The notes under the pieces were generated by a model. The model made no database searches, was not told the DNA's origin, and saw only the letters and a list, made by a program, of their open reading frames with translations. From positions 1-62,388 of the forward strand of contig CAYZEJ010000002.1 of assembly GCA_964477545.1 (NCBI GenBank): 62,388 nucleotides of DNA, read 5' to 3'. The stretch comes from an uncultured Anaerolineaceae bacterium. Its GTDB lineage: Bacteria; Chloroflexota; Limnocylindria; Limnocylindrales; CSP1-4. The position numbers and the translations under genes are program-made. Position 1 is the first letter of the stretch, and each line of letters opens with the position of its first letter. Below are positions 61,155-62,388 of this stretch, piece by piece.

Positions 61155-62216
61155 CTGACCGACTTCGCCGCGGTCGAAGAGCTACTCCCGGAATGGCGGA
61201 CGCTGGCCGCGTTCTCCGCGCGTGCCGCCCTCGACGCACCCGACTGGCTCCTGCCGCTCGCTCGTCGCTATCTGCGAAATTACGGCGTCCGTGTCCTCGT
61301 GTGGCGCGACGGTGGTGAGCTCGTGGGGATCGCGCCGCTCAGCCTGATCGCCGATAAGCCACCGCTCCGCCCGCTGCGGCAGTTGGCGCTGTGGGGCACG
61401 ATCGGACCTCGATTGCGCGGGCTCGTCGACGTGCTCGCCCGCGACGATGCTCGTCCAGCGGTGATCGACGGTCTGGCGCAGTGGCTCGCTGATTCTCGGG
61501 AGTGGGACCTTCTGCGCATCGTCCGCCCGCAGGTCGGCTCGGCCACGCCTGAGCGCATCCGGGCCGAGGCCGCGGCCTCAGGTTGGACGTACGCGCCCTA
61601 CTCCAACGTGCGGTCAACCACGTTCCAACTGGACCTGCCCGACTCCCCCGAGGGGTGGGAGAAGCACCTCGGCTCCAAGTCGCGCAAGGTGATGCGCTGG
61701 GAGATGCGTAAGTTCGCCGAGTTCCGCAACGGGAAGATCGAGACGGCCGCAGACCAGGTCGCGGTCACCGAGGCGCTCGACGCGGTGGAGCGAATGCTGA
61801 CCGAGCGGTGGGGCGACGCCGAGGTGTATTTCGCACACGACCCCGCCTTCCACGGCTTCCTCCACGAATCGGTTCCCGCACTCGTCGAGCATGGCGGAGC
61901 CTGGGTCACGGTCGCGCGCGACGACGCGGGCATCCAGGGAGTGCTGGTCTCGTTCGCCCAGAACGGGTACGCGATGGCATTGACGATCGCGATGACGACC
62001 GATCCCGCCTACAAGTCGTTCTCGCTCGGCAAGCACCTCTTCGACATCGGCCTTGCCGAGGCCGTGCGGCGCGGCTGTCAGAGCTACGACTTCCTGTGGG
62101 TCGGCGGCTACAAGGAGTCGTTCTGGCACGCGCAGGCGCGCCACCTCGAAAGCGCGATGGTCGGACGTGGCCTGGTTGGCCGGCTGGCCGCAAAGGTGTT
62201 CGCCTCGCGCTCCTAG
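61155..62216 (+). CDS. GNAT-fold acetyltransferase of the CelD/BcsL-like (Acetyltransf_6) type
   Basis: Track ORF starts at GTG 61299. The in-frame family-like N-terminus (DFAAVEELLPEWRTLA...) extends upstream, where CTG 61155 or 61125 are the only start-like codons. KSRKVMRWEMRKF and a C-terminal GNAT core. Confidence 0.65.
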   Translation: MTDFAAVEELLPEWRTLAAFSARAALDAPDWLLPLARRYLRNYGVRVLVWRDGGELVGIAPLSLIADKPPLRPLRQLALWGTIGPRLRGLVDVLARDDARPAVIDGLAQWLADSREWDLLRIVRPQVGSATPERIRAEAAASGWTYAPYSNVRSTTFQLDLPDSPEGWEKHLGSKSRKVMRWEMRKFAEFRNGKIETAADQVAVTEALDAVERMLTERWGDAEVYFAHDPAFHGFLHESVPALVEHGGAWVTVARDDAGIQGVLVSFAQNGYAMALTIAMTTDPAYKSFSLGKHLFDIGLAEAVRRGCQSYDFLWVGGYKESFWHAQARHLESAMVGRGLVGRLAAKVFASRS

Positions 62217-62388
62217 TCGGGCGTCGAGCCCTGCGAACTCCGTCCGCAGCGCCTCCGGCTTGTTGCCGGTGCCTTTAGGCAACGCCGAAGGCCCCACGGC
62301 CTCGACACGCGGCAGGCTCTCGGCGAGAATCAAGGCCGTTACGGGAAGCTGAGATGCGCGGCTAAACCTTCCGGTCGCCGTAGGTCGC

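Noticed and set aside
62362-62388. Minus-strand reading frame ending ...ATYGDRKV-stop at the right window edge.
   Set aside because: Only 8 codons plus a stop lie inside the window, which is too short to support a feature.

Overview
High-GC, very gene-dense bacterial chromosomal window. It looks actinobacterial in style, an inference from the LCP protein, LLM/F420-type oxidoreductase, LAL-type regulators, many GTG starts and 1-11 nt gene overlaps. I support about 65 protein genes and one tRNA. I saw no rRNA, CRISPR array, transposase or integrase. All calls come from reading the ORF track and recognising motifs by eye; no searches were run. Many long track ORFs are antisense shadows typical of high-GC DNA, and I trimmed or dropped them. 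Layout: (i) nt 1-19.9 kb is a purine/urate catabolism supercluster. It holds molybdopterin hydroxylase subunits, a giant cyclase-STAND protein, malate synthase A, a hydantoinase + ABC importer + orphan PP-loop operon, the uricase/HIU hydrolase/OHCU decarboxylase trio, and XdhC/MocA. (ii) nt 20-46 kb is mixed envelope and regulatory content: an S8 protease with an unusual Tyr-Ala-Leu repeat insertion, TrmB, YyaL-CopC, LCP, cupredoxin, a LAL regulator, a motif-permuted orphan DNA methyltransferase, tRNA-Ile(UAU), membrane proteins, an ATP-dependent DNA ligase, a HesB/IscA protein and a Pro-rich tail-anchored protein. (iii) nt 45-55 kb is a CoA-thioester catabolic operon (thiolase, 3 enoyl-CoA hydratases, HADH, LLM oxidoreductase + flavin reductase, hydrolase, EthD, NUDIX, two paralogous mini membrane proteins). 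It is split by an XRE regulator gene and a 4 x 46-bp tandem hairpin array. (iv) nt 55-62 kb holds a dGTPase-like HD protein, ASCH, a SAM methyltransferase, aspartase, an aldehyde dehydrogenase and a CelD-like GNAT. The five items most worth follow-up are the YAL-repeat S8 protease, the PP-loop protein in the hydantoinase operon, the cyclase-STAND gene wedged between xdh and aceB, the tandem hairpin array with the IR-bounded AT-rich segment upstream of the XRE gene, and the UAU-anticodon tRNA-Ile.
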